DNA of 64,000 nucleotides from an uncultured Heliomicrobium sp. (GTDB lineage: Bacteria > Acidobacteriota > Blastocatellia > RBC074). Position numbers and translations under genes: made by a program. Location of the stretch: contig CAYRQB010000001.1 in the NCBI GenBank assembly GCA_964426025.1, positions 1,151 to 65,150 of the forward strand, written 5' to 3'. Positions within the stretch are counted from its first letter, which is position 1; every line of letters begins with the position of its first letter. Below the pieces are notes generated by a model, which was not told where the DNA came from, searched no databases, and saw only the letters and a program-made list of their open reading frames with translations. Below, in pieces: positions 1 to 10,400 of this stretch.

Positions 1-1063
1 GATAGCCGTGAATCAAATCGCGAGTGCGGTCGCCGACGTGGCAATTGCTTTCGGTGAAGCTGATGATTCGCGCCATCGTGGCGATGGTTTCGACAGGGTA
101 ATCGCCGACGGCTGTTTCAGCCGAAAGCATGACCGAATCCGTTCCGTCCAGAATCGCGTTGGCCACGTCGGAGGCTTCGGCGCGAGTCGGGCGCGGTTCG
201 TGCGTCATTGATTCCAGCATTTGCGTGGCGGTGATGACCACTTTTTCGGCGGCGTTGGCTTTGGAGATGATTTTCTTTTGATGGAAGGGAACGCTTTCGA
301 CGGCGGTTTCAACTCCCAAATCGCCGCGAGCGACCATCACTCCGTCGCAGGCGTCAATGATGTTGTCCAGGTCTTCCAACGCTTCGCGCTTTTCAATCTT
401 GGCGATCAACGGTGTGTCCGCGCCCAGAAATTCGATCAACGTTTTGGCTCCGATGCAATCGCGCGCGCTGCGAACGAACGACAGAGCAACGTAATCAACC
501 TGCTGTTCCAGACCGAAGCTCAGATCAGCGCGATCTTTTTCAGTCAGCGACGGCGCTGAAAGTTTCACTCCAGGCAAATTGATGCCCTTGTTTTCCCCCA
601 ACTCTCCATCGTTTAACACGCGACAGATGACATCAGTTGCGCCAACCTGTTCGACTCGCAATTCTATCAATCCGTCGGCGAACAAAATGCGATCACCGGC
701 TTTGACGTCTTTCGGCAAAGCCGTGTAACTGGTCGAAACCACCGTCTCGTCGCCGTTTTCCTCTCCCAGAACATCCTGCGTGGTGATGGTCAGCGATTGA
801 CCGGCTTGCAATCGAATCGGCTGGCCGTCTTTCAACTTGCCTGTGCGAATTTTCGGCCCGCATAAATCCAGCAGGATTGCCAGCGGACGATTGAGTTCGG
901 CGGCAATGGCCCGCAGATTTTTTATCGTCTCGGCGTGGCTTTCTTGCGAACCGTGAGACATGTTTACGCGAGCCACATCCATTCCGGCCAGCATCAATTC
1001 GCGCAACCGCTCGGCGGAACAGGAAGCGGGGCCGATTGTCGCTACAATTTTTGATCTTCTCAT
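1..1063 (-). CDS. pyk: Pyruvate kinase, 3'-truncated by the window edge
   Basis: Reverse-strand translation from the ATG at 1063..1061 gives [14 protein letters not shown]...VNMSHGS...LDLCGPKIR...[10 protein letters not shown], the classic pyruvate kinase N-terminus and catalytic motifs. The frame stays open to position 1. It is absent from the ORF track because no stop lies inside the window. Confidence 0.9.
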   Translation of the reverse strand, partial: MRRSKIVATIGPASCSAERLRELMLAGMDVARVNMSHGSQESHAETIKNLRAIAAELNRPLAILLDLCGPKIRTGKLKDGQPIRLQAGQSLTITTQDVLGEENGDETVVSTSYTALPKDVKAGDRILFADGLIELRVEQVGATDVICRVLNDGELGENKGINLPGVKLSAPSLTEKDRADLSFGLEQQVDYVALSFVRSARDCIGAKTLIEFLGADTPLIAKIEKREALEDLDNIIDACDGVMVARGDLGVETAVESVPFHQKKIISKANAAEKVVITATQMLESMTHEPRPTRAEASDVANAILDGTDSVMLSAETAVGDYPVETIATMARIISFTESNCHVGDRTRDLIHGY

Positions 1064-1191
1064 TTCACAATCCCAGCTTGATTTTGCATCGGTCAAAAAG
1101 GAAACAGGGACGTTCAAGAAGCACGGGCATCGGTTTGATCCCGTTCGTCTTGTTCATCCCTGCTAATACTGTAGCCATTCCGGATGATGGG

Positions 1192-1770
1192 TTATTGTTT
1201 GTCCAATTCGCGCTTGACGGTGGCGGTCAATTCGGCGGCGACCGATTCATCGTGCCCCATGAAATGAGCTACCAGCCTGCCATCGCGCGCGTAAACCAAA
1301 GTTTGCGGCACGGACAAATCCTTCGAATCAACGTATTTTTTGAAAACATCGTCGGTGACCATTCCGACCGGATAAGCGATTTTCATCTGCTGAATGAATT
1401 CGTTGACGCGTTGCGGAGTGGTTTCCGCGTCGTCAACCGCCAGCCCGACTATCTGCAAACCTCGGCTGCTTTCTTCTTCGTCGAATTTGGTCAGCGTGGG
1501 AATGTGCAGCCGCGAATGGCCGCACCAGACAGCGAAGAAATTGACAACGGCGACTTTGCCGCGCAAATCCATCAGGCTGATCTGCTGGCCGTTGAGCAAT
1601 GACAGTTGGCGACGCGCCAGCGAATCTTTAGGCAATTCGCCGATTTTTACTTTCGCTTCGCCGACACCTGAAAGCGTCAACAGAATGGCGACGCCCAATC
1701 CGGCAAAAACTGACAACAGCATCACTCGCCATTGGCGGCGAGTGGAAAAACGGGTAATGATTTTTGACAT
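1192..1770 (-). CDS. TlpA/ResA-like thioredoxin-fold protein, monothiol variant (WCGHS)
   Basis: Track ORF 1192..1776. The N-terminal hydrophobic anchor is LLSVFAGLGVAILL. The active-site region is FFAVWCGHSRLHIP, with CxxS in place of CxxC. The internal ATG at 1770 follows a GAGGTG RBS-like sequence. Confidence 0.75.
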   Translation of the reverse strand: MSKIITRFSTRRQWRVMLLSVFAGLGVAILLTLSGVGEAKVKIGELPKDSLARRQLSLLNGQQISLMDLRGKVAVVNFFAVWCGHSRLHIPTLTKFDEEESSRGLQIVGLAVDDAETTPQRVNEFIQQMKIAYPVGMVTDDVFKKYVDSKDLSVPQTLVYARDGRLVAHFMGHDESVAAELTATVKRELDKQ

Positions 1771-1843
1771 TAGCACCTCGCTAAACGGATGGTGGGGCCT
1801 TAGCTGTGAGACGCTCAGCCCGATTGTTGGCAGCAGGGGTGAT

Positions 1844-2497
1844 TCATTGTTTCTTTGATTTTCCGACTACGGATTTGTTTTGACCGCTTTTGGCGCCAGG
1901 CGCTTTGCCGAGTTGGGCTTCGATGGCCTTTTTCAACCTTTCAAAGTTCGCGGCGTTCCAGCCTACTTCGCGCAATAACATTTTGCCGTCAGCGCCGAAC
2001 AAGATCATTTGCGGCACACCGGCATCTTTCGGGTCGGCGTAATAAGCGCGAACCTCTGTGGTCAGAAAGCCGACTGTGTAATTGATTTTGGCTTTCTGTA
2101 TAAATTGCTTGAGGCTTGCCACGTCGTCCCTGTCTTCTTTTCTGTCTGTCGCCAGCCCCAGGACGGTGAAACCGCGCTGACGATATTTGTTATAAAGCTC
2201 GACAATGTGCGGAGCGTGTTCTTCGCAATGCGGGCATTTCGACCAGAAAATGTCCATCAACACGACGCGTCCGCGCAGGCTGGAAAGCTTCAGATAATCC
2301 TGCTTTTTGGCGACAGCTCCCAGATTCATCGGAACCAGATCAACCAGCATGTCAGGAACGTCGCCCATTCCGTTGCCTTTTGGCAGTTCGGGGACATCCG
2401 ACGATCCGGTGTTTGGCGCGGCGGCAATCACTGCCAGAACACAGACAAGACTCAGCAATCCGGCATTGATAAAAGTTCTGATTCGTTTTCGTAACAT
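1844..2497 (-). CDS. TlpA-like thiol:disulfide oxidoreductase (CPHC active site)
   Basis: Track ORF 1844..2515, whose first codon is TTG. The ATG at 2497 is preceded by GGTG. It has a signal/TM segment [15 protein letters not shown] and the motif [15 protein letters not shown]. It is a paralog of the next gene. Confidence 0.8.
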   Translation of the reverse strand: MLRKRIRTFINAGLLSLVCVLAVIAAAPNTGSSDVPELPKGNGMGDVPDMLVDLVPMNLGAVAKKQDYLKLSSLRGRVVLMDIFWSKCPHCEEHAPHIVELYNKYRQRGFTVLGLATDRKEDRDDVASLKQFIQKAKINYTVGFLTTEVRAYYADPKDAGVPQMILFGADGKMLLREVGWNAANFERLKKAIEAQLGKAPGAKSGQNKSVVGKSKKQ

Positions 2498-2543
2498 TTC
2501 TAGCACCTGAAACAATTGACGCGGCTAAACCACACAACAGCGT

Positions 2544-3194
2544 TTAACCTTGCCTGGATTTGTTTTGCGCGGGTTTAGCGCTGGCTTTGCTGCCCGGTTT
2601 GACGGTTGGCATCTTGGCAAGCTGGGCTTCGATGGCCTCTTTCAGCTTCTTGCTGATGTTATCGTTCCAGCCGATTTCACGAAAAGCCATTTTGCCGTCA
2701 GGGCCAAACAAAACTATTTGCGGGACTCCGTGATTTCTGCTGTCGGCGTAATAGGCGACAATTTCAGTTGTCATGTAACCGACCGGATAATTGATTTTGG
2801 CTTTGGCCATAAAGCCTTTGACCCTGCCGTCAGATTGTTTGTCGTCTTTGGGATCAGTTGCCAGACCGAGAACTGTAAAACCTTTCGCTCGATATTGGTT
2901 GTAAATCTCGACGATGTGAGGCGCGTGCTCTTCGCAGTGCGAGCATTGCGACCAGAACATATCTATCATCGCCACTTTCCCGCGCAGGCTGGACAGTTTC
3001 AGCTTTTCCTGTTTTGCGCCAGTGGTCGAGACAAGATCAACCATCATTTCCGGCGTATCGCCCGAACCGTCAGCCATAGGCAATTCCGGCACATCCATTG
3101 TTCCGAGCCGCGGCGCTCCGGCAATAACCATAATGGCAAACACAAAGCTCAAGAGCGCGGCATGAAAAACCGCTTTCAACCAATTTTTTGACAT
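2544..3194 (-). CDS. TlpA-like thiol:disulfide oxidoreductase (CSHC active site)
   Basis: Track ORF 2544..3257. The internal ATG at 3194 has an AGGAG about 10 nt upstream. It has the TM segment [14 protein letters not shown] and the motif [15 protein letters not shown]. Confidence 0.8.
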   Translation of the reverse strand: MSKNWLKAVFHAALLSFVFAIMVIAGAPRLGTMDVPELPMADGSGDTPEMMVDLVSTTGAKQEKLKLSSLRGKVAMIDMFWSQCSHCEEHAPHIVEIYNQYRAKGFTVLGLATDPKDDKQSDGRVKGFMAKAKINYPVGYMTTEIVAYYADSRNHGVPQIVLFGPDGKMAFREIGWNDNISKKLKEAIEAQLAKMPTVKPGSKASAKPAQNKSRQG

Positions 3195-3322
3195 TTCTGT
3201 TACTCCTAAGGGAATTTGGGAGCGCGAGCATCCTTGCTCGCACGGTGTCGCGGGCATCTTGCCCGAATCAGATAACCTATTTCGTTCGCAGAACGCGCAC
3301 GAATTGGTAGCTTGCCCGAAGA

Positions 3323-3949
3323 TCAGCGCGCGGCGTTCAATTGTTCAACGACGACTTTTTCCAGGTATTGCATTCTGCCCGGTTGTTCGCCGATCAGATG
3401 TTCGACCACTCGGCCATCGCGCGAAATCACGAAAAGCTGCGGAATCGGCGGAGCGCCTGTTTCGTCTTCAGTGCCTTTCAGAAAGGCCGACGCAATCCAG
3501 GTGTTGTCGTAACCGATCTGGTAATTGACTCCGAACTTTTTGATGAACTCTTCTACTTTATCCTGATCGGATTTCGGATCGGCGGTCAGGCCAACCAATG
3601 CCAGTCCGCGATCCTTGTATTTTTCATTCAACTTGACCAGTTCGGGCATTTGTTTGACGCAAGGGCCGCAGAAAGTCGCCCAGAAATCAACCAGCAGAAC
3701 CTTGCCGCGGTATTCATCCAGTTTGAAGGCGCTGCCGTCCAGTTTGGAGATTGGCACGTCCAAAACATTTTTGATCGCTTCTTCGTTTGCTCGCGGATTT
3801 CTGGCTGCGCTGGCGGTCATCGGAGCCTCAGCGGCGGAAAGCGGTCGCGGCGCAGCGGCTTCATTGCAGCCAAGCGAGAATATCGCTGCGGCAAAGATGG
3901 CGAACGCCAACAAGACCGAAGCAGTGGAGCCAAACTTATTGTCTTTCAT
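3323..3949 (-). CDS. Thioredoxin-fold lipoprotein (CGPC active site), TlpA/ResA family
   Basis: Track ORF 3323..3976, which starts at a TTG. The ATG at 3949 gives [28 protein letters not shown], a lipobox-type signal peptide. The canonical WATFCGPC motif is present. Confidence 0.8.
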   Translation of the reverse strand: MKDNKFGSTASVLLAFAIFAAAIFSLGCNEAAAPRPLSAAEAPMTASAARNPRANEEAIKNVLDVPISKLDGSAFKLDEYRGKVLLVDFWATFCGPCVKQMPELVKLNEKYKDRGLALVGLTADPKSDQDKVEEFIKKFGVNYQIGYDNTWIASAFLKGTEDETGAPPIPQLFVISRDGRVVEHLIGEQPGRMQYLEKVVVEQLNAAR

Positions 3950-4133
3950 CGGAAATGCTTTCAATATCGAAATCAATGGTCAATCCGTCGGGTGATTCCG
4001 TCAGCGGGACGAAGTATTCTTCAGAGGCCCAGCGGCCAAGATCAATCGTCTGGCAGCGTTCGGAACAAAACGGCTTCCACGGATTGTCTTCCCAACTTGT
4101 TTCTTTTCGGCAGAGCGGACATCGCCGCGTCAT
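3936..4133 (-). CDS. yacG: YacG-like zinc-ribbon protein (DNA gyrase inhibitor family)
   Basis: Internal Met of track ORF 3936..4292. The product [44 protein letters not shown] matches the YacG pattern CPxC...PFCSxRCQxIDLGxWAxEE..IP. Confidence 0.8.
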   Translation of the reverse strand: MTRRCPLCRKETSWEDNPWKPFCSERCQTIDLGRWASEEYFVPLTESPDGLTIDFDIESISDERQ

Positions 4134-4440
4134 ATTGCAAAACCTCATTCGGAAACTGGAGAATTTTATTGTCCTCGCAGATGATCTTAGCGAGGCAGGG
4201 CAATGATACAAAATTTCCGGGAAAAATCGAATCGGGTTCATCGCGTGACGCGAACATTTGAAGCCGTGTTCTCCAAATAAAAACGCGCTCAAGTCCGTAC
4301 TCCATTACTTTCGATACGACCTTGTCCAGGCCGGGTACGGATTTGAGCGCTTCTGTGGCTTTGGCGTCCCACGGATGCTGAAAATCTCTGGCTTCGATGT
4401 GCGGAAAAGTTTTCAGCCGTTTCTTTTTCGACTCGCCCAT
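4042..4440 (-). CDS. Hypothetical protein whose 3' end overlaps yacG by about 90 nt
   Basis: 132-aa ORF with no recognisable motif. Codon usage looks plausible, but the overlap with the well-supported yacG makes it uncertain. Confidence 0.3.
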   Translation of the reverse strand: MGESKKKRLKTFPHIEARDFQHPWDAKATEALKSVPGLDKVVSKVMEYGLERVFIWRTRLQMFASRDEPDSIFPGNFVSLPCLAKIICEDNKILQFPNEVLQYDAAMSALPKRNKLGRQSVEAVLFRTLPDD

Positions 4441-4526
4441 AAATTCACCTCCAAGCGTGAAGGTAACACGAGCGAGACGGCGCTGGGTATAGCTTGCTGA
4501 AGTTTTGATGCTGTCGTGATTTCAGA

Positions 4527-5666
4527 TCACGAACGCTGCTGTTTTTCCAGGCTGTGGTATTCCGAATCGAAACCCGATGAGCGTGACGATTTGATCACTC
4601 GCAAAGGCGGAGCCGAATCGTTGCCGGAAATAACTTCGGTGTTTGACGGCAACAGCACCTCAGTCGAGGAATGAATGAGTTCTTCGCTTTCCATCGCGGG
4701 AACGATCTCTGCTTCTTTGAGTCCATGTCTTTGGCTTGTTCCCCTGAAGTTGAAATCGAAAAGGTCTGGCCGATTGAAATGACCTGTCACATCCAGCGTC
4801 AGGCTTTCTTCGCGAATGCGGTCCAGATTGATGCGAGCCAGTATGATCACTTCCGAGCCGAAGGCGGGTCCGGCGACGTATTGGCCGTCGGGCCCGATTA
4901 CTGCGCTGCCGCCGTTCAGGATGAATTCGGCTTCGTCGCTCGGAACGTTGTCGCTGATTTCCAGTTCGGCTGGCAAATCGCTGCGGCGCATGATTCCCCC
5001 GGCGGCGACGACGAAACAGCGGCCTTCGAAGGCGTAATGGCGACTGGCGATTTGATGCATCTCCTTGACCGAAGGCCACAGCGCGACGTGAATGTCTTCG
5101 CCCGCGATGTGCAGAGTCTGGCGCGCGTGCGGCATCCAGTGTTCCCAGCAAATCAAACCGCCGACGCGTCCGACCGGAGTTTCAACCGTTCGCAAACCGC
5201 TGCCGTCGCCCTGTCCCCAGATCAGTCTTTCGTTGAAAGTCGGAACCAGTTTGCGATGCACGTTCAACAATTCGCCGGTTGGGCTGAATGTCAGAATCGA
5301 GTTGTAAAGCGTGCCGCGTCCGGCTCCTTCGCCAACGCGTTCGTGAATTCCCATCACCAAAGTCAGATTGTGGCGGCGAGCGGCTTCGGCCAATGCGTCG
5401 GTAGCGCGGCTCGGCACGGTGATGCTGTTTTCCAGCAATTGCGCGTACAGCCGTTTCATCGGTTGATGATCCCACAGAGCCACATCGCGACAGTTATCCA
5501 GCCAGGCCGGATAACCCGGCAGCCAGGATTCCGGGAAAACGACAAGCTGCGCGCGCCGTTTGGCTGCTTCGGCAATCAACTCAAGCGCGCGGGAGATGCT
5601 TCGTTCCAGATTCAGGTAAATCGGAGCCGCTTGAACGGCGGCCACTACGGCAATGGATTGAGGCAT
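4527..5666 (-). CDS. Carbon-nitrogen hydrolase (nitrilase/cyanide hydratase family) with a C-terminal extension
   Basis: The start is taken at [15 protein letters not shown], the ATG at 5666 with a GGTGAGGA RBS. Family motifs include [12 protein letters not shown] and [11 protein letters not shown], the latter carrying the catalytic Cys. About 80 extra residues follow the core. Confidence 0.85.
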   Translation of the reverse strand: MPQSIAVVAAVQAAPIYLNLERSISRALELIAEAAKRRAQLVVFPESWLPGYPAWLDNCRDVALWDHQPMKRLYAQLLENSITVPSRATDALAEAARRHNLTLVMGIHERVGEGAGRGTLYNSILTFSPTGELLNVHRKLVPTFNERLIWGQGDGSGLRTVETPVGRVGGLICWEHWMPHARQTLHIAGEDIHVALWPSVKEMHQIASRHYAFEGRCFVVAAGGIMRRSDLPAELEISDNVPSDEAEFILNGGSAVIGPDGQYVAGPAFGSEVIILARINLDRIREESLTLDVTGHFNRPDLFDFNFRGTSQRHGLKEAEIVPAMESEELIHSSTEVLLPSNTEVISGNDSAPPLRVIKSSRSSGFDSEYHSLEKQQRS

Positions 5667-6100
5667 GTTTTTCCTCACCTTCTTCTTTATTGGACGGTGC
5701 CAGATTTGTGACGTGTCGGAAACGTCTGAGTCAGGGACACAATTTGCCAAGCGCTAATTATCAGGAAAGGAAGCCGGCGGCATTGATAGATTTGTTTGCA
5801 TTGTTGCCAGCCGGGGCCGGGTGACAGGGGAACGAGGCCGCTAATCAATACCATCGCAGCTAATTTTTCGCAAGGCTTTATTTCCCCAGGCAGGTTTGAG
5901 CCGTCTTCGCGCGAATCGCCAATCCGGCGATTGCCGATCAAAGCTTGCGGCTGTCGGAGCGCTTCGGATAGACTGCCCGCAATTCAAAAACCCTGTACGA
6001 CAAGCTGTCGGATTGTCGTATGAATCGGAAATCATAATCTCAAACTTCAGACCGAAGACAGGCTGGCAGCTTGTCTTACACTTTTAGGAGAAACGTTAAC

Positions 6101-6691
6101 GTGAGCGTCAAATCGGATCGCTGGATTTTGCGTATGTGCCGCGAGCACGAAATGATCATGCCGTTTGAAGAAGGATTGGTTCGCGAAATCGAAGGCCGTC
6201 GCATCATTTCCGCCGGGCTGTCCAGTTACGGATACGATCTGCGACTGGCGCCGGATGGTTTCCGCGTCTTTTCGCCGATTGCCAGCGCGGAAATTGATCC
6301 GAAGAACTTCGACGAAAATTCGCTGATCGAAGCTCCGCCGCGTCGCGCCGAAGACGGTTCGCTTTATTGGTTGTTGCCGCCGCATTCATACGCGCTGGGC
6401 GCGACGGTCGAAACTTTCAACATGCCGCGCAACGTGATCGGCATCTGCCTGGGCAAATCCACCTATGCGCGCAGCGGTCTGATCGTCAACACCACGCCAC
6501 TGGAACCGGGATGGCGAGGACGGCTGGTGCTGGAATTTTCCAACTCGGCGGATTTGCCGATTCGCATTTATGCCAATGAAGGAATTGCCCAGGTGACTTT
6601 TTTTGAATCCGATGAAGATTGCGAAGTCAGTTACGCTGACCGTGCGGGCAAATATCAGAATCAGATCGGACTGGTCACGCCGCGACTTTGA
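6101..6691 (+). CDS. dcd: dCTP deaminase
   Basis: GTG at 6101 follows an AGGAG at 6086..6090. The product [12 protein letters not shown]...SSYGYDLRL...GRLVLEFSN...KYQNQ matches the Dcd family over its whole length. The track ORF begins at an upstream TTG. Confidence 0.9.
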   Translation: MSVKSDRWILRMCREHEMIMPFEEGLVREIEGRRIISAGLSSYGYDLRLAPDGFRVFSPIASAEIDPKNFDENSLIEAPPRRAEDGSLYWLLPPHSYALGATVETFNMPRNVIGICLGKSTYARSGLIVNTTPLEPGWRGRLVLEFSNSADLPIRIYANEGIAQVTFFESDEDCEVSYADRAGKYQNQIGLVTPRL

Positions 6692-6732
6692 AGATCAATC
6701 GTAAACCCTCAACCCGTTTGGAGAACCATTGA

Positions 6733-7197
6733 ATGGCTTCTAGGAAAATCAAACCGGAAGATATTTCGGTCGGGCTGTTGGCCAAAGTTCAACGCAAACA
6801 ACCGAACCTGCCGCGCTTTGTCATTGTGCCCTCTCAATTGTTGACTGATTGGGGAATCAAGGAAACCACGATTGTCGAAGGTTCGCTGAACGGCATTGAT
6901 TTTGGACGCCGTTCGTTGAAACGCTGGGACGAGCAACGCTGGTTCATCGAATTGCCTGACACGGTCTGCAAAAAAGCCCGTGTGGATACTGGCCATTCGG
7001 TCACGCTGGTAATGTGGCTGGCGTTGAACGAAATGCCCGCGGAGTTGACGAAACTGATTGCCGACGATCCGCAGGCGAAATCCAATTGGGAAAAGATGAC
7101 CGCCAGTCAGCAGCGAATGCTGAAAGAACAGGTTGCCGCAGCCATACAACCGGCAACGCGCGAGCGGCGAGCCAGACTAGCTCTGTCAGGCAAATAA
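6733..7197 (+). CDS. DUF1905-like domain fused to a YdeI/OmpD-associated-like C-terminal domain
   Basis: 154-aa ORF. The N-terminal half resembles the DUF1905 beta-barrel. The C-terminal part, NWEKMTASQQRMLKEQVAAA, resembles the YdeI family. Confidence 0.5.
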   Translation: MASRKIKPEDISVGLLAKVQRKQPNLPRFVIVPSQLLTDWGIKETTIVEGSLNGIDFGRRSLKRWDEQRWFIELPDTVCKKARVDTGHSVTLVMWLALNEMPAELTKLIADDPQAKSNWEKMTASQQRMLKEQVAAAIQPATRERRARLALSGK

Positions 7198-7338
7198 GCC
7201 AAAACGAAATCTTCCGAGCCTGATTGTCGGCAAATCGCCATCAGCCAATGTCGTTTGCCAATCAGCGCTCAAGAAGATTTAGCTTTGCCAGTTCGTCCCT
7301 GAGCGGAGCGTCAGGTTATTGGTAACGAAAAAGAGATT

Positions 7339-7393
7339 ACGGAACAGACGGAAATAACGGAATGGACGGAAATTCCCCTTCCGTTTGTTCCGT
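7339..7393. promoter_or_regulatory. Array of six hexamers on a strict 9-bp period: ACGGAA four times, then TTCCGT twice
   Basis: ACGGAA occurs at 7339, 7348, 7357 and 7366. TTCCGT occurs at 7379 and 7388. The array lies about 80-130 nt upstream of the 7473 start. Confidence 0.5.
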
Positions 7394-7472
7394 CATTTTC
7401 CAGCTTTTCATTGCAGGCTTATTCGATGGCCTGAGCAGTTACCCTTTATCAACGAAACAAAGCGAGGGACTC

Positions 7473-10400
7473 ATGTATTCCAACCGGCTGAATCTCAAAC
7501 ATCGGCGAATCATCGCGCTTTCAGTTTTTCTGATTTCACTCTCCTTTCTTTTCTGGTTGGGCAAGAGCGAGGCCAGCCGTACGGCGAATACGGCGGCAGT
7601 TCGCCTTGCGCCCGTGAAGTTGAATCTTCAGTTCGGTGGTAAATGGGAAAAGCGTCTGGCTTTGCAGCGCGGAGAAACTTTCGAGCTTTCGGTCGGATTG
7701 CCATCGCCGTCGTCGTTGCCGCATCACGGGCGCATTGGCGTTCGCTGGGTGCTGGAGAAAGCCGAAGCAGGCGAAGCGTTGCCGATTGTCGCCGGGCGCA
7801 AAACAGATGCTTTCGGCATTTACACAGCGCCGACCACCGATTGGCGCAAAGTCCTGCATGCGCTCGACAGCGATGTTTATCTGGTTTATCGCGCTCCGGT
7901 CGCCGGGCAATATCGTTTGGAAATCGCGCCAATCACCGATGAAGCAAACATCTTCTCCAATCCTGAAAGCATTCGTTGGCGCGAAGACGGCGTCGCGCCG
8001 CAAGCTGTGAATTTCCCCGATAAAACTCCCTGGCCGAACGGCAAAACCGTTCCGCTGAACGTAACGATCAATCCGCTTGATCTGAATGATTCAGCGAAAG
8101 TCGGAAGCTTTGTTGAATCCGAGCCGAACGACACGCCCGAACAGGCACAGGAAGTCACGCTTCCCGAAGGCCCGGATGACAGTAAAGCCATTCAAGCCAT
8201 TCGCATCAACGGCGGAGCCGACGACATCGAATACTTCGACAATGGCAAAGTCGGCAAATCCGGCGACGATTGGTTTCGGCTGAATTTCAACGGCAAAGAA
8301 CCGCGATTGCTGACGGCGAATCTGGCGATTCCCGACCACACGCTGGCGGCGCAGTTGCGGTTTTACGCACTTGATGAAAGCGGCGCGCTCGGCGAATACA
8401 CCGAAGGCCGCAACGAAAACGAACGAACTCACCAGCAAAACGAACAACACAGAGCTTCGATAGTTCGGTTGCTGAAACCGGGCAAAACTTATTTGCTTCG
8501 CGCCGAAGCCAACGCGCCGGGTTATGAATTGGAGCTTCGCGTGTTGAAACCTGCGCCGTATGACGATCCGCGAATGGCTGTGCGACAGGCGGTGTACGAC
8601 CACCTTGGCCAAGTGGATTCGTGGCTGACCAATCGTCCGCGCGGAGCTTCGGTCGAACGACGCATTCGCGACACGGGCAATTTGATGGGCACGCATTGCA
8701 TGAGCTGTCACACGCAATCCGGCGTTTGGGGGACAGCCGGGCCTATGGAAAACGGCTACACGTTGGAAAACAAGCAAAACTTCCGGCGGTTGGTCAACGT
8801 GATGTATGAATCGCTGCGCCCGACCAATTACCTGAAAGACGCGGCGAACAACACCAGCCTGGCTCCGCTGGATGTGGGTGACGGCCCGGCAGGAACGCGC
8901 GTTGCAGGTCACAATGTTTGCACCGCCGAACGTGTCATTCCCGCGCGCAAGCTGCATTCGATGCAGGCGATTCGCGCCGCCAATCACACCATTCAAACCG
9001 CAGACCCCAGCGGCATCAATGCCGCCGGACCCGGATCGAACGTCGGCCAATCCATCGTGTACAACTACGCTGGAGAGATTTTGCGCACGGCTTGGGATCG
9101 CACCAACCATCCGCGTTATCTGGCTGCGCTGGAAGAAAAAGCCGACCGTATGCTCGGCGTTTTGCCGCGTTACAGCGACGACCTGTCGAATCGCATAGAG
9201 TTTTTCAAACGCTACTTCCCGCAGGATTACGTCGCGCAAAACCAGAAAGCGCGGACGATTTATCCCACGCTTCCGCCCGACCCGAAACCGCAACCGACTC
9301 CGACGCCATCAAATGACGGCAAACCGGTTGAACCTCCTCCCGCGATCTTTCCTGAATACAAACTGAAATCAGCCGACGCCGCCGCAAAGCTGTTGGAGCG
9401 CATCGCTGAAACGATCAAAAAAGACGAAGCGCGTTTGCGCGCGATTCAAAATGCAGACGGTTCGTGGGGATTCGATCCGGGCAAGCCCGACGGTGATAAA
9501 TGGAAAACCAACGGCGAATACGATCCGGCTCCGACGGCGTTGGCCTTGAGCGCATTTCACGCGCTGGGCTTCACGGACAAAGACCCGGCGGTTGCTCGCG
9601 GCGTCAAGGCTTTGTTGCGGATGCAAGACCCGTATGGCCGCTGGAACAAAAACGCCCTGACCGGTTTTGTGACGACCAGCTACGTGCTGCACGCGCTCGC
9701 GCGACTTTATCCTGAACAGCCTGTCAAACCGACTCGCGCCGAATTCACGCCTCGCGCTGGCGAATCTTTGCCAGCAACCATCGCGCGCGTTCGAGCGTTG
9801 TCGCACACAGATGATCCCGCGCTGGTGGATTTGATGATTCAGGCTTCGTTGCATCCGAGCGCGCAAGTTCGCGTCTGGTCGGCGATGGCGCTCGGCGGAG
9901 TTCATGACGAACGCGGCGTGCCGACTTTGATTAAACTGATGGGCGATCAGGTCAAGATGGTTCGTGACGCTGCGGCTTGGGCGATGGAACAAACTCTGCT
10001 CGATGACAAAGGTTTCGGCACGGTGTTCGTCGCTTACGAGACGGGCGGCGATCTGACACGCGAAAGCATTGCCAAAGCATTGGGCATCCGCGCCGATGCG
10101 GTGATGACCAAACCGACGTTCAGCAAAACGCGACTGACGGCTTTGCTCGATCGCGCGATCAACGACGACCGCCATCCGGCGGTTCGCGCGTGGGCTGCGC
10201 GTGCGGCGTGGCAATGGTGGATTTGGAATCCGCCTGTGCGTGAGGCGATAAATCAAAGTTGGACGCGGAAGTTGCTCGCCGCCGAATCGAACGCGCTGGT
10301 TGAAAACACGTTCCGTTACCAAAGCCACGCGCTGTTTGTCGTCAATGGCCACAAAGCCAACGGCAGCGAAGAGCATCAATACAAAGAACTGTCCGGGCTG

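Noticed and set aside
6071-6100. Upstream TTG start for dcd from the ORF track
   Set aside because: The GTG at 6101 is preceded by an AGGAG at a proper distance and matches the Dcd N-terminus. The TTG start would add 10 non-conserved residues.
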